Below are positions 53,124 to 64,000 of a DNA stretch of 64,000 bases, piece by piece. Position 1 is the stretch's first letter. Every line of letters begins with the position of its first letter. The notes beneath the pieces were generated by a model. That model searched no databases and had not been told where the DNA came from. It was given only the letters and a program-made list of their open reading frames with translations. The position numbers and the translations under genes were made by a program. This DNA is from Macrostomum lignano (lineage: Eukaryota), in assembly GCA_002269645.1 (NCBI GenBank), contig NIVC01001622.1, forward strand, positions 116,984 through 180,983, written 5' to 3'.

Positions 53124-54039
53124 ATGAAATCTCTTCAGGCTCTCACAGTGCTGCTTCTATTCAACTCGTGCAACGAGGTGTTAGCAACTGAAACTATGAG
53201 CGACACTGGGAGCCCTTTGATGCTGTCACAAGCCGGTTGGTACGCCTGCCTGCTCTACAATGACAGTCGCGGTCTCAACTGTGACATCTTTGCCAGCGAT
53301 GTTGCAAATGCTATTAGGCTTCTCCCGCCACTGCCCCGGACCATCTCCAGTCTGGCACTGGTGCTTCAGCCAGCGACAGACGAGCCTGCAGCTGACCAAC
53401 TGTTGCCAGTCGACACCTTGGTGCGGTATGGTCCAATCGAATCATTATTCGTGAGAAGCCACAGACGTCGCCCATTTGGCGTGGCCGAATGCGGTCTAAG
53501 TCCACTTGCGGCCAGTCTGCGTTCTCTAGAATTCATCGGCTTCTGTGGAATTATTGGCAGTGAACTAGCCAGCAATGATCCATTCTGTGATGCGCAGATT
53601 AATCTGACCAGTTTGAAACTGAGCTTGACTCCAGGCAGCGCCAGCTGCTGGGGATGCTATTCGCCTGCCACAATCATGGATCGAAATTCATTCAGCCTGA
53701 AGGAACTGCACCTTAGCTTGCCATCCGACTGCAGTCTGGCTAGGTTACAGGTGGAAAATATGCCTCGACTGGAGAGGCTGTCCTTGCGCACGACTTCTCT
53801 GACAGGAGACGCCAATGAAGCAAACAGTGACAGCAACTCCATAAATAGTCAAAGAGAGCTGCGCTATGAAGAAGAGAGCCTGTCTGGCATGCGGTTTCGC
53901 AATTTGCCTAACCTTCGGTCTCTGTTTCTGACACTCTATCACAAGATGGTCAAGTGTGACAATGGCAGCGTGTTCGAATCGGAGTCATTCGTGAATCTCA
54001 CCAGCCTGGAGTCAATCAACATTGGCAACATGCTTGTAT
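53124..54039 (+). CDS. Secreted leucine-rich-repeat protein, exon 1
   Basis: Signal peptide MKSLQALTVLLLFNSCNEVLA; degenerate LRRs (MPRLERLSLRT, LPNLRSLFLTL, LTSLESINIGN). Donor GTA T|gtgagt phase 1. Confidence 0.82.
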
Positions 54040-54614
54040 GTGAGTAAACTCGTACCAAATTTTCTGTAACAGTGAATGAGAATAGTTAATGAAAACAAAA
54101 CAACATCAGCCCCGTTCAAAGTTGGGCCATAGACGATTCCACTGTCTGACTTTCATATCCGTTCCCCCTATCCAGAGCTGCCGATTCAAATGCATTTTAT
54201 TGGAATTTGAGCTTAGAATTTCACCATCCTCTCTCTTAATGATCGCAGTATTGATTTGGTCAGCCAAGTTGATAGTTAAGCTAACAAGGTTCCATCTTCA
54301 CTGCATAGAAGTCGATGTTTAAGCATGATTTATATGAGAGAGGCTGCTGCTGGCATCCTTCTTTGTGCTGATGCCCAAGGTCGAATTCTCAACTTACAGT
54401 GTACTCGTCTTTTTTCCACATTCACATCTGAGATGATAGGCAGTGAAGTAGACGAGATAATCAGATAATTTGGTGAAATAGAATTTCTATGATATATTTT
54501 ATTCGAGACCGGGTGAATGATGCGAAATTGGGCCAACCTGGTAACTTTTGGTAGAGTATTTTAGCTTTCTAGACGTAATTCTTCACTCGTGTATCCATTT
54601 TTGCGTTTCCGCAG

Positions 54615-56734
54615 CTGTCGGGGCCTCGCTAATCTCGGCCAGCAACAAACAAAACTGGTGCGAGCTGCTGGCACCGGGAGCCTTTCAAGCCGGCTCTGAA
54701 GCAATCCGGCATGTCAGTCTTGGCGCCGGCTTCATGATGCCGCTCAGCATCAACCTGCGGAGTAACCCGGATCTGCTGCGCTGCCGCAACTGCTCCGAAC
54801 AAAGACTAGTGATTGGCGAGTCCCCCTGGATGACGTCATTGTTTTTTACGAACCCGAAGCGCTGCCAGCTGCTGCTGCCAGTAGATCAAGCGCTAAATGT
54901 TACACATTTACGCGTCGGCAAGTGTACGTTTGGCCCTATAAATTCCAGCCTTCTTAGTTTATGGCCGCGTCTTCGCTCAATTGTTATGGACAACACTGAC
55001 AGCAATGATGGGCCCAAGGATGACATCAGAGAATGGAATTCATTCCGAGCCGGTCGCGGTTCAGTTGGTGAAAATCATTTTCTCGTGACGCAGCTGAACT
55101 TAGACGACTTCATTCACTATGCCGGAACCAATGCGAAGCTTCAACAGGTGACACTGACCGCTCGGGAGTGCTTGTGTTCGGCTGGCAATTTCAGCGATAA
55201 CTTGCCGAGGCAAATACCAGAATCGCAGGCGATACTAGTCTCTATTGGCTGCGCCAACCTCAATTCTGCAGATCCGTTTACTTCTCTGGCTTCGGCGCTG
55301 GAAGGTTGCCGCGAGTTTGCCGTTTTTCCAATCAGCATTCGACAGTTTCTCGCCGCCCAAGAAGGCCAATGTGTCAGCTTCAACACAAGCGTTTCATGTG
55401 TTTTAACGAGCAGTTTCTTTGTCAGCTCTCTGCCTTTGCCATATCCGGTAGATCGCTTTGATTGCCTGATGAGGATAGTAGTCCCGACTTTATCGCATCT
55501 TTTTCTGGCAAAAGCGCAAAATCTGCGCACCTTAGTATTTTCTGGGTCACACTACTCCAGCTTTCGGACTGTGGGGCTTTGCGACATCGAGGACGGCGCC
55601 TTTGAGGCATTGCATAACTTGGAAACACTCGTGTTGCGCAATAACCTTCTCAGCAAGATTAATGCGCACACATTCACGGGACTTAGCCGGCTTCGACTGC
55701 TCGACTTGTCCACTAACTTCCACCTTAAGACAATTGCTGCCGAAGCATTTAAGCCAGTGGCAACAACAGTACAATTCCTTCGAATGACAGTGCGCCAACC
55801 AGATGACCTACCAAAATGTATCAGCCAGTCTAATCTGACGCATCTTGAAAGCTTTAACATTGAATTTTCTTTTAGCCTTGATGAGCCCAACCTCGAGACA
55901 AAGCTGCTGCATATCGACCTACCAGAGGGTAGCGTTGCTAATCTGCCGTTACTGCGCAAGCTCGCCATTTCACTGCACGACTACTGGCTGCCTCGGCGGG
56001 TCCTGCTGCGCCGTCACAGCATTGCACACCTGCCTAGTCTGCGAAGCCTGTCTATTCACGCAAACCACCGAGACTCGACCATAACTATGGAACCAGAAGC
56101 CCTTTATCGCTTGGCTCAAGGCCACGATGGTTTAGGGCTTCGGTACCTGTCTCTGCTGTCGCTGAAGCCTCCCGTGCCAGTTTCTATTTGGCGCGAACTT
56201 CTGTCTGGATCCGTGAGCGGCGGTCAAGAAGCAATTATAAACTTTGCAGCCGCGCCAACAGAGTTCATTTTTCACAACTTGGCGTCTTCTGCTAATCTGA
56301 GCTTTAACGCTAGCCGCTTGACTTTAAGCGTGAGTAGAGGCTGTAATCTACTGACTCGGCGAGATCTGGGTGACCTGGGACGCCTGTTTCCAAGGCTCCG
56401 TCGGCTCAGCTTGCAGTCATTCTTGGCCATCAATTTAGGAGATGATGAAAACCTTCTCACTGACTTGAGGTCAGCTGCAATCTTCTTGACGCGACTCGAT
56501 GCGGTGCCGAACAACTGCACAGCGCTTTCCACAGTCATTAGGCCGCGATTTCTAGATGGCGTTAACTTCAACGAATCTCTTGTTGGACCCCGACTCAAGC
56601 TAAGACTTAGCTGCCCGAAAACGGGCGGAGAATGCAACTTTTACAATTTTGCCTCTATGCCGATCCAAGGTGCTAAAAGTTTGCAGCCTTTGATAGCCAT
56701 TTCTGCACTTGTTTGGATGGTTAGTTTCTTTTAG
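54615..56734 (+). CDS. Secreted leucine-rich-repeat protein, exon 2 (hydrophobic C-terminus, possible GPI signal)
   Basis: Acceptor ttttgcgtttccgcag| phase 1. Typical extracellular LRRs (LHNLETLVLRNNLLSKINAHTFTGLSRLRLLDLSTN). Ends LQPLIAISALVWMVSFF*. Spliced length 1011 aa. Confidence 0.85.
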
Positions 56735-58003
56735 ACATGGTCATGTTTGCTTGACTTCCCAGAAATCATGCCTAATGTCCATATAAGACTTTACTGCCTA
56801 ATTATATTAGAGCAAATTTACACAGGGTGTACAGGCCGATAGCAGTGTACGGTACAAGGACTAATAAGTAGGACTGGAAACTTGGAAAATTTTAGGACCC
56901 AGGTTTTACCAAAAAATATATTACGGAGAATGAATAGGTTTTATCATTTTATCCTTCTTAGCTAACTGTGTAACAAAATGTCAAATGCCAAAGAGCCATA
57001 AAAAGGCAAGTCATATAAAAAGATGTCTCCTATAAAACGTAATAACAATGTTTGTCCTGAAAATGAAAAACCTCCATTCTCCGCATTGTATTTTTCGGGT
57101 ATTGAATAGAAATTAATAAATCCTAGTACTACTGGACTACCTTCGGAACAATTAAATAAACAAAACTACACTTTTAATAATTGGCACTGGACGTAGTCCA
57201 AGAGTTGAGGACTTAAACATGGTCTCAAAATATTGCCATTTCAACTACCTATTACAGTGCGTAAAGTCCTAAGTTTGCATGAATTCTGCTGTTTTTTTGA
57301 CATAAAATGTACAATAATGATAAGTTGCTAAATAATAAACGTTGTGTCAGGATCTATGAAGATTCACATATAGCTATATGATAAATTACTACTTGAGCAT
57401 TTTAGCCGCTCTTGGTCCAACAGCTTCTTTACTTTCAGTTCAGTAGTGAAAGGCAGAGTGTGTAAGCTATTTTTATGAAAATAAGGCTGCGCTAAAGAGT
57501 GACTTGTTAGGTCGTAAAAAACTTGCTAATCGGTGCAATCGTAATGTACATTAGTCAGCCAGCGCTACTGAAAATGTACATTTCGGCTTTCGGACGGAGC
57601 ACTGAGGGAGGCAATAAAAATAGGGTTGGTGGCGGGGTAAAGGTTTGTGTGGAAGGACACGGTCGGACGGTTAAGGGCCTATAGAAGGGTTTTTTCCTAG
57701 AATACATTGTATTGTCTATGATCAAAACACTGTCTATGGTAAAAAACCGTCTATGGTCACAAACCGCGTCTATGGTCAAAACACCGTCTGTCTACCGGTA
57801 TGACGCAGGCACAGATACAGTATTGAATTTAAGACACAGGCTAGGGCAGTTAAATTCAGACAAGTCATGCCCGCCCTGCAAATGAAGCTTGAGAGTCCAC
57901 CAGACGAGATCAATCTACAGAACTGGCGTTCCATGGTAACTGCAGAGAATCATGGGTTGAATATGTTGGCCGTGTCTTAAATTGAATGCTCGACTTCCTA
58001 AAT

Positions 58004-60160
58004 CAGTGTTGCCACTACAACAACCAAAGAAATTATCACAGAATAAGAAAAAAATCGCAGGAACAAATTTCTTATTTGTCATAGAGAAAAAGGCGCCAGT
58101 ATGCGAAAACAATTTTTTTTAGTTTCCATTTCTAATTCCATCTTCTATTTGACCAAAAAGAACTACTACAATTTGCAATACGCTCGTAACTGCATGCAAC
58201 TCTCATTTACGCCGAATCAGTGAAGTAGTCATACAACACAAGCATTTTCTTAAGGGAAGACAGGCATACATATAATATAGTTACTGATGTTCATTATGGA
58301 ACCGACCCGAGCAACCAACTAAAACCCAAGACGCTACGACCGCTGATGAGTAATAACAATTGTCATTAACTTTTCTTAGCTCAAGTGTCCGTTTTCGGGG
58401 TATCAATGAATGAAATTTCGTCTCGAATTTTCTTAGCTATGGTAAAACAAGTTCCAACCAAGTATGCTTTTATATTTCAAAAGAAATTATACTTTTATAG
58501 GATTATTATGATTTAGTTTTCTTTTACGCTTTCGTACTTTTATAATTTCGTACGTATCGTACATGCGCGCCTTCTTGACATCTGGAACTCGCAGGGTTTT
58601 AACGAAGCCTTTGAATTCTTGCTGATAATTTCATGGTTTAGAGCGACATACTCTCTGCCTTCCGAGTCCTTTTGAAAAACGAAGCTTGCTTTGTCTAGCA
58701 AAGGGAGCGTCTCTCGTCCACGTAGTCCGAAATAGTAAATTAGGTGGAATATTACCTCCTGCTGCAGTGCTGCGCCGTTTGTCCGATCAAAGTAGGCCAT
58801 GATTTTGACCAGATCGTTCTTCTCGATGGCAGCGAATTAGTCTCGGACCTTTGGCTGGTTTGCGCGCTTGTATTTTTGGACCATGGACACTAGCATCTGA
58901 TTGGCAGCGGTAAACATGGGATCTCCGATAATGTTTACTCCTGGACGGTTGAGATTGAAGAACCTACAAGGTCCGGCTCGAATGCAAATCAGTGTTGGAG
59001 GTGCATAGAACAGGCCATCCTAGGTCCTTAGCGTTGAATAGAAGAAATGCAGATAGTTGTTCAAAATAGTAGGAGGTACTCGCATCAGACCTGATGATAA
59101 TTGCTTATCAGTCAAAAACGTTTGAAACCTCCTCACAGCGTCCGCCATCTGTCTTTCAGAGGACTTCGGGATTCCTTCTCGTTCAATTTCTTTAAGTTCC
59201 TCGAGCGCATCTTCGCTTAGGTCCTGAATCTCTTCAGCGTCTAGTTGTCGAGCGAACTCGCCACTCAATTCTTCCAAATAGCGGGTTGCTGACTCTGACG
59301 ACACCCAATTCAACTCCTCTGTTGACAGACCACTGATAAGTTGGTCGGGCAGATTCGCGTAGTTCAACATTCTTAGTCAGTAGTTGATTAGACAGACAGA
59401 ACTTTCTAGAATCGTTGCTTCAAAACGCGGCTCCATAGCCCCGTCCTCTCGATTAATCCGAGTGTTTAGTCTATGGCACAAAGATTTGCCCATCCACCGA
59501 AAAAAATAGCCTTCGACCATAGACTTTCTCAACTTTCTGCCTATCTCTAACATAGTGCCCGCAAATTTCCACATTGTTACAAATTTCTTGCATTGTTAAT
59601 GACAATCTGACATAGAATTCTAGTTGTCAATGTTTGATATTTTACAACTAAATTTCGTGCTATATTCCAGTTGTCTGAATCTGTTCTCAATTCTATATAG
59701 CTGAAATGAATTCTTTTAATATTTTAATTGTTGATCAATGTCGGTTACTGTAGGGGAAGAAATACTTTTACGTGAATCTTTGTTTGGCTAGTCAAACGTT
59801 AGTCAGGAAAAACTGCAGGCTCTTCAGTGGATGTTCATTTTTTCTTTGGAACCTTTGGCAGGACAGATCGAGCGCCGAACTCCGCCTGTCTCTTTCGCCG
59901 AGCCGTTTCGTCAGCAGCTTTCCTTAGTGCTCGCTCGACCGCAGCATGCTCAATCTCCTTTCGCCGAGCTTCAAAACCGGAGGCTTGCACAGCCTCACGC
60001 TATATTGATGACAATCATGACACTTAAATTGAGCACAAAATGAAACACAGTACTTGATAAAAAAGCTGAAAGGACTGGTGTCCACAAAAAATCGCAGGAA
60101 ACGAGCAAAATGGACAAAATTATCGCTGAGCGATAAAAAATCGCAGTGGTGGCAACACTG
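58004..60160. mobile_element. 2157-bp element with 12-bp inverted ends and 5-bp flanking direct repeat, carrying a Crypton-type recombinase remnant
   Basis: taaat|cagtgttgccac (58004) ... gtggcaacactg|taaat (60160). Repeated aaaaaatcgcag motifs near both ends. Confidence 0.65.
58540..59370 (-). pseudogene. Crypton-type tyrosine recombinase (DUF3504/ZMYM-QRICH1-KCTD1-related), disrupted
   Basis: One frame reads IPKSSERQMADAVRRFQTFL...LNNYLHFFYSTLRT*DGLFYAPPTLICIRAG...NIIGDPMFTAANQML...RD*FAAIEKNDL...LQQEVIFHLIYYFGLRGRE...SKNSK. Stops at 59020 and 58837, a frameshift near 58580 before ARMY, C-terminal catalytic half not recognisable. Confidence 0.82.
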
Positions 60161-60570
60161 TAAATACGAGCTAAAACGAAAAATGCTATAATAATTGCAT
60201 GCTAAAAAGTTTTAGACTACGCAAAACAGCGGAAATGCTTCTAAATTCAGCGCAAAAATTTCTGTTTCCGTGAGGCAATGTGATGGAGGGCTGAGGGGTC
60301 GCTGAGAGATGAAGAACTGTAAAATGCGCGTGACCTGCCATTTATTAATTCTAAAAGATTATAGAATTTATAGAATAACAGCCGAGTTCGTTCAATTATA
60401 ACAAATTGAGGATAGTTGAACTTGCAGTTATAACGCCTTTCCCGAAAATTCTAGAATCTACTAACCTTGAACCAATTGTATTTTCCGGAAACTTCCCTCA
60501 CTTCTAAATGATTACTTGTAGCATTTTTAGCTATAAACATATTATCATAAAATGTATTTAATGCGTCGGT

Positions 60571-60935
60571 GGTGCCGTAGCCCAGTGGTCCAACGCGGCG
60601 CTTGATGTACCAGCGGCCCAGGCTCGATTCCAAGTGCAGTCACATTAATTTGGGCTGAATTGGAATCTCGGCTTGGCTCTGCTCGTGCAATTAACGGCCT
60701 TGAGGCCAACCCCCAAGGCGCAGTGAAGTGTACATGCCTAACGATAAATAAAGTTAGGGCCGCTGTACACTCCTGTGTGAGTGTGTGCCTGTGCGTGCGT
60801 ACGTATCCGCGCGCTTGTGTGCCTGCTCAGGGGAGTCGGCGGAATGGGCAGTAATGCCTCTCGCCGGTTGTGTGACAGTGTGGCGCTTAAAGTGTCCCAG
60901 GGTGCACATGGCCCCTGCCTCTAATAAAAATGCAT
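60571..60935 (+). mobile_element. tRNA-derived SINE (family 2)
   Basis: A box tagcccagtgg (60578-60588), B box ggctcgattcc (60621-60631), body similar to 23095-23395, ending near aataaaaa. Confidence 0.55.
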
Positions 60936-62906
60936 ACACCCTATCCCTCTGATAGATGCAATTAGTCTTTTATAAAACTTTAGGAAGGCCATATTACTAT
61001 AATAAACACACAAATCCAATCTGCGTGTTACTTAAGACTCTTCCAAGTAATCATCTATGCTTGGTAACAGGAAAAACGAATTTAATCGAACAGAAAGAAT
61101 GCGAATCAAGTTCTTAGGCTTGTTACCGAGCAGCCTGACAGTGCATAACTAGGCTCAATCAGGACTCTGATTCTTGAGTCAGATTGTGTGTATAGATATT
61201 TAATAAAATTATAATTCATTTAGGAAAAGTCAATTAAATGATAAACATAAGGATAATGTAAGGCATCAGTTTAATGTACGTACAGTGCCACTAACCTGTG
61301 CATAGACGTATGGCAGCATATTATAAATATGAAAAGTATCAAACAAAGAATATATTATAGAGTCAGTCTAGAGTTGACAACATAAATACAGACAGCTATA
61401 AATCAGCGCTTGCACAAATAAATATAGCCTTAGTGACAGAATGTTGCAAAACCAATCGCATTGAAGGAAGGATTCTAATGGTTGAAAAATAGTGAATTAA
61501 ATCAATATTGTCGAATACAGTATTATCAAATGTCTGAAGCCATAACTAGAATGTGAATATCTGAGAGGCTGCTACAGAAGAAGGCAATGCCGCACTGAAA
61601 ATGTATGTATATGGTTACGGGCCAATATTCATATATGCTCTTTATCAATCTTGTCCTAAGCCTGTTTATTTGACAAAACTGATAAAACTTCTATAAGGTT
61701 ATCAGGCAATATCAATCAAGTGCACCATGGCGCAACTGCGACATCCCCACCACAACCCTAGGGGTCGGCCCTCAAGGCTGTGAACCGCACGACAACCTCT
61801 GGTAGCCAATGCAATTTTTCCTGCACAACCCCCAAATGAAAGTGAACTCTTCTTCTACAATCAAAGATTAAACACGGAGGAGCAAGGACTAAAAGTATAA
61901 AGGCATGATCGAAAACGCAGAAGAAAAAAGAAACGCAAAAACACGGTTAAAAGTTTCAGCAAGAAAACCTGAGACAGAGATTCAAGTGGCTCAAAGAGGT
62001 GCACGCAGTTGCGCAATGTACAACTGGGTCAAGGCCCCAACTGCATGAAGCGCCAAGTGCATGAGTACATCAGCTGGTTAAGAACCAAGCAGACAAAGAG
62101 TGCGCCTGCATAACAATCAATAGTTCAATGGACGTGAAACAGTGAGCTGTGCGGTGCTTCAATATCTGTAGCAAAGAACAGGACTGAACTCTATATAATA
62201 AAATAAATATAATAAATATACACGAGTATGATAATTCGGTTGGAGTACACAGAGTTTATAATATTGTTTCAAGACTTGTATAGACATGGGAAAAATATGA
62301 TTAATCGCGAGATTAAAGTCTTTGGATATTCAAAAATGTCATTGGAGTTCGCAGCTACTACTACTCATAGCATTATAGTTATTGCCGCAGAAGCAGTTAG
62401 CTATGAAGTGAGTGCAGGAACTGACTACAACAGTGGCTGCTGCTGACTTCGTACCAGTCAGAGAGAGAATCCAGCAAAGTGCTTTGACAGTAATAAAAAA
62501 TAAAATAGTAATTATTAGTGCTAAACTGAATAGAGGTAGCTGATTATTTCTTATCTAAAAAGTTACAGCCAATAAAACATTCAGATTCTAAAGCAGTCGG
62601 CTTGTGCTACTACTACAAGTATGCATTCAGGTGTGCATTTTTTAAGAGATGATCTTAATCCTAATCATTGGACAGCTAAAGTACAAGGACTGCAGACTGC
62701 ATCCGAGGTACAAATCAAGCAAGCACGTGTTTTTCCAAGGCGCACTTTCAAGTTCTTCAAGCTGTTTCTTTCAAGTAAGCAAAGTTGCAGCAAAATTTAG
62801 AAAAAGACCAAAAAAGCAAATCTTTACGAAATTATTTAGAATCTGCACGATTTGAAAAGTGCATAGTGTCCTTCTGCTTCAGCTGTCCTGGATTGTAAGT
62901 TTAAAT

Positions 62907-63523
62907 CAGAGGTCGGAAATCTTTTTTACCTTAAAGGCCAGATAGAGAGCCTGGCTCATGATTGCCACGTCAAGGGAGGAGGAGAGAAGAGAGGGAATAG
63001 GGATAGGAGAAAGGAGAGATGAGGGAATAAAGAAGAAAAGAGGAGAGGAGAGGAGGGATGAGGAGGGAGGAGAGAGGAGAGAGGGGAGAAGAGAATAGAA
63101 AAGAAGAAAGAGGAGAGAATAAAAAAGAGGGGAGAGAAAAGAAAGAGAAGAGGAGAGAGAGAGGAGAAAGGAGAGGAGAGGAGGGGAGAGAGAAGAGGGA
63201 GAGTGAGGAGAGAGAGGAGAGGAGAGAAGAGAAGAAAAGAGGGAAGGGAGAATAGATACAAGAAAAGAGAGAGGAGAGAGGAGATAGGAGAGGGGAGAAG
63301 AAAGAGAGAGGAGAGAGGAGAGAAGAGATAGAAGAAAAGAGAGAGGAGAGAGGAGAGGAGAGAGTAGAGAAAAAGTGAGAGAGGAGATTTTGCAAGAGAG
63401 CTGAGAAGAGACACAAACCCTGAGCAGGCCGCATTGCTATTGTCAAGTTTCAAAGGACCTGACGGCCGGTAGAGAGGCGTCGCGGACCGAATGTGGCCCG
63501 CGGGCGGAGTTTGCCGACCTCTG
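62907..63523 (+). mobile_element. hAT-like MITE with GA-rich core (copy 3, best preserved ends)
   Basis: TIR cagaggtcgg(a)aa / tttgccgacctctg and a Charlie-like subterminal ggcccgcgggc. Flanks gtttaaat / gttagaaa match only 5/8. Confidence 0.75.
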
Positions 63524-63783
63524 GTTAGAAAAAAAACTCAAACTAGAAAACAATATTTAATTATTACTTGTATTTGTATTGACTGATCTGAGTTTTGCCA
63601 GATGCAAGCTGACTCAAGCACAGTTGACTGCAGGAAATCGGTACAAGTTATTCAGAGTGGGCGGGGACAGAAGCCGCAAAGTCGAGTCCCAGAAGATGCT
63701 TTCAGGGAAACGTCTGAGAGGATCACCCATGATTGCAGTAGGAGAAGAAAAGCAGCTCAGCCAATAGGAATTTCGCCGGCTCG

Positions 63784-64000
63784 TCACTCCAGCATCTCTT
63801 CGTCATCATCATCGTCGTCATCCAGGGCCTCCTGCAGGATGAGCAGGCTGCGATCCCGGATGCGCGAGCTCCTGCAGGCTGCGCTCCAGCTGGCGGCGTC
63901 TGAAAGCCGTTCTGTCGTCGGCGCGCACGAGCTCGCACTCGCTGAAGTCCTCCTCGGCGGCCGCTTCAGCGAATTTGCGCACGGCCAGCAGCGGACTGTC
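63784..64000 (-). CDS. 3' end of an unidentified gene running in from beyond the window; possible 1-nt frameshift at ~63865
   Basis: Frame from 64000 reads DSPLLAVRKFAEAAAEEDFSECELVRADDRTAFRRRQLERSLQEL. A shifted frame continues RIRDRSLLILQEALDDDDDDEEMLE* (stop 63784-63786). Unshifted stop at 63818. Confidence 0.55.
   Translation of the reverse strand, partial: TVRCWPCANSLKRPPRRTSASASSCAPTTERLSDAASWSAACRSSRIRDRSLLILQEALDDDDDDDEEMLE

Overview
Eukaryotic animal genomic DNA: spliceosomal GT-AG introns, tRNA-derived SINEs and an amidated-neuropeptide precursor. It is probably an invertebrate bilaterian, but the taxon cannot be fixed from this window. Most ORF-track entries are artefacts of repeats or of antisense GC-rich exons. 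By tracing splice sites and reading phase by hand I built five spliced gene models: an RNF115/126-type RING-H2 E3 ligase (-, 4 exons, 341 aa), a Shisa-like single-pass protein (-, 3 exons, 319 aa), a TMEM272-like 4-TM protein (+, 2 exons, 364 aa), a PH-domain protein (+, at least 7 exons) and a secreted, possibly GPI-anchored LRR protein (+, 2 exons, 1011 aa). Two partial genes lie near the window edges. The standout is a single-exon prepro-neuropeptide (33025-33750, -) with 20 spacer-less copies of (E/A/V)MYSGLL-GKR. Mobile DNA includes a decayed Crypton-type tyrosine recombinase inside short inverted plus direct repeats, a 2 kb foldback element built of 178-bp subrepeats, four copies of a hAT-like MITE with an expandable polypurine core, a hAT MITE with a perfect 8-bp TSD, an LTR with tRNA-Leu PBS remnants, and two SINE families. 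Fourteen micro/minisatellite arrays cover about 9.5 kb. Coordinates were counted by hand: exon boundaries are phase-checked, repeat boundaries are approximate. Family assignments come from remembered motif patterns, not database searches.
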